Below, piece after piece: positions 63,239 through 64,000 of a stretch of DNA of 64,000 bases. The notes below the pieces were generated by a model. The model did no database searches, had not been told where the DNA came from, and was given only the letters and a program-made list of their open reading frames with translations. Position numbers and translations under genes: made by a program. Position 1 is the stretch's first letter. Each line of letters begins with the position of its first letter. The stretch lies in the NCBI GenBank assembly GCA_002633005.1, contig NMRA01000078.1, positions 739,565-803,564 of the forward strand, written 5' to 3'. Source of the DNA: Phoronis australis. Lineage: Eukaryota > Animalia > Phoronida.

Positions 63239-64000
63239 CATGATCTCGAGCAGTACCTTTCAAGCCTGGACACTATTTCTCATCTGAGTGAGGAACAATG
63301 ATGTAGACCCGCTCTATTGTGGTAACAGGTCATGGCGAGGGCTTCTTTGGTGGCATCATGGGTTCATGGCAGCTTTGAGGAAGTTTCATTTGAAACTAGC
63401 AACACTGGATACTCATTCACATACCAACATGTTTATTGGCATACTGTTCTAATATATATCGGAGATTGTTAGGCTCTGGAGATTCTAAAAATTACAAACA
63501 ATGCCGAGTACAATACAAAAGGCTGGCCTGGACTGTCTGAGATCACTCGATAATAATATAGAGAACACGAACAGACAAAAACCTGAGAAAATACATTGTA
63601 AATAAAGGGGACTACTATCAGTAAAATCGAACAAAAATCACTGCTTCAATTGCCCACTTTTCACAAGCTTCGAAGAGAATGTCTGCAATTTTTCGAATAG
63701 CTGTCTGATAGCATCTCCACTAGAGAACTTGACAGTGGTGTACCTTAAACATTGGAAATGCATCGAGCAAGTAGTGCTGCATGAAAATGCAGCAAAATTA
63801 TGCAGGGAAAATTGTCATAATTTTCAAAAGATTTTACGCATTAAAAAAACGTTTTTCAACTTATTCTGTACTGGCATTTCGCCATGAATTCGATGAAGCC
63901 AGACAAATTTTGCGGATTTATTTTTTGGGAACTATGTATCTAGTACATATTTGACACTTCAGCAGAGCTGGAGTAAATTAGGAATAAGTACTGATTGTAA

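Noticed and set aside
62920-63301. Gly-rich repetitive ORFs
   Set aside because: Translations of the 25-bp minisatellite running through Ns.

Overview
AT-rich, repeat-laden eukaryotic (animal) genomic DNA. The repeat families and gene content suggest a marine invertebrate draft assembly, with two N-gaps and several single-N joins. Two spliced genes lie head-to-head. (1) On +, a complete 7-exon CDS, join(46507..46656,47276..48124,50290..51565,52444..52978,53256..53484,54926..55085,56714..56904), gives 3390 nt / 1129 aa with all splice phases consistent. It reads as PDZ-PDZ-(degenerate Roc GTPase)-COR-Death domain: a Roco-like protein with a DAPK-type C-terminal half, PDZ domains in place of kinase/ankyrins, and apparently dead G-motifs. 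(2) On -, the 5' part of a secreted or membrane protein gene: a signal-peptide exon at 37268..37316 and a propeptide exon ending in RSER at 2287..2397, separated by a ~35-kb transposon-filled intron. Non-coding highlights are an inverted, divergent pair of minimal Penelope-type hammerhead ribozymes (59.2-59.55 kb, duplicated at 60.2-60.5 kb), a highly structured RTE-LINE-like 5' leader (9.1-9.4 kb), and a Helentron-associated-type element carrying eight ~150-bp-phased CTCF-like motifs. Also present are several MITE families, tRNA-derived SINE remnants, minisatellites, and two tandem duplications split by a single N that are probably haplotype artefacts. All domain and family calls are by eye; no database searches were run.
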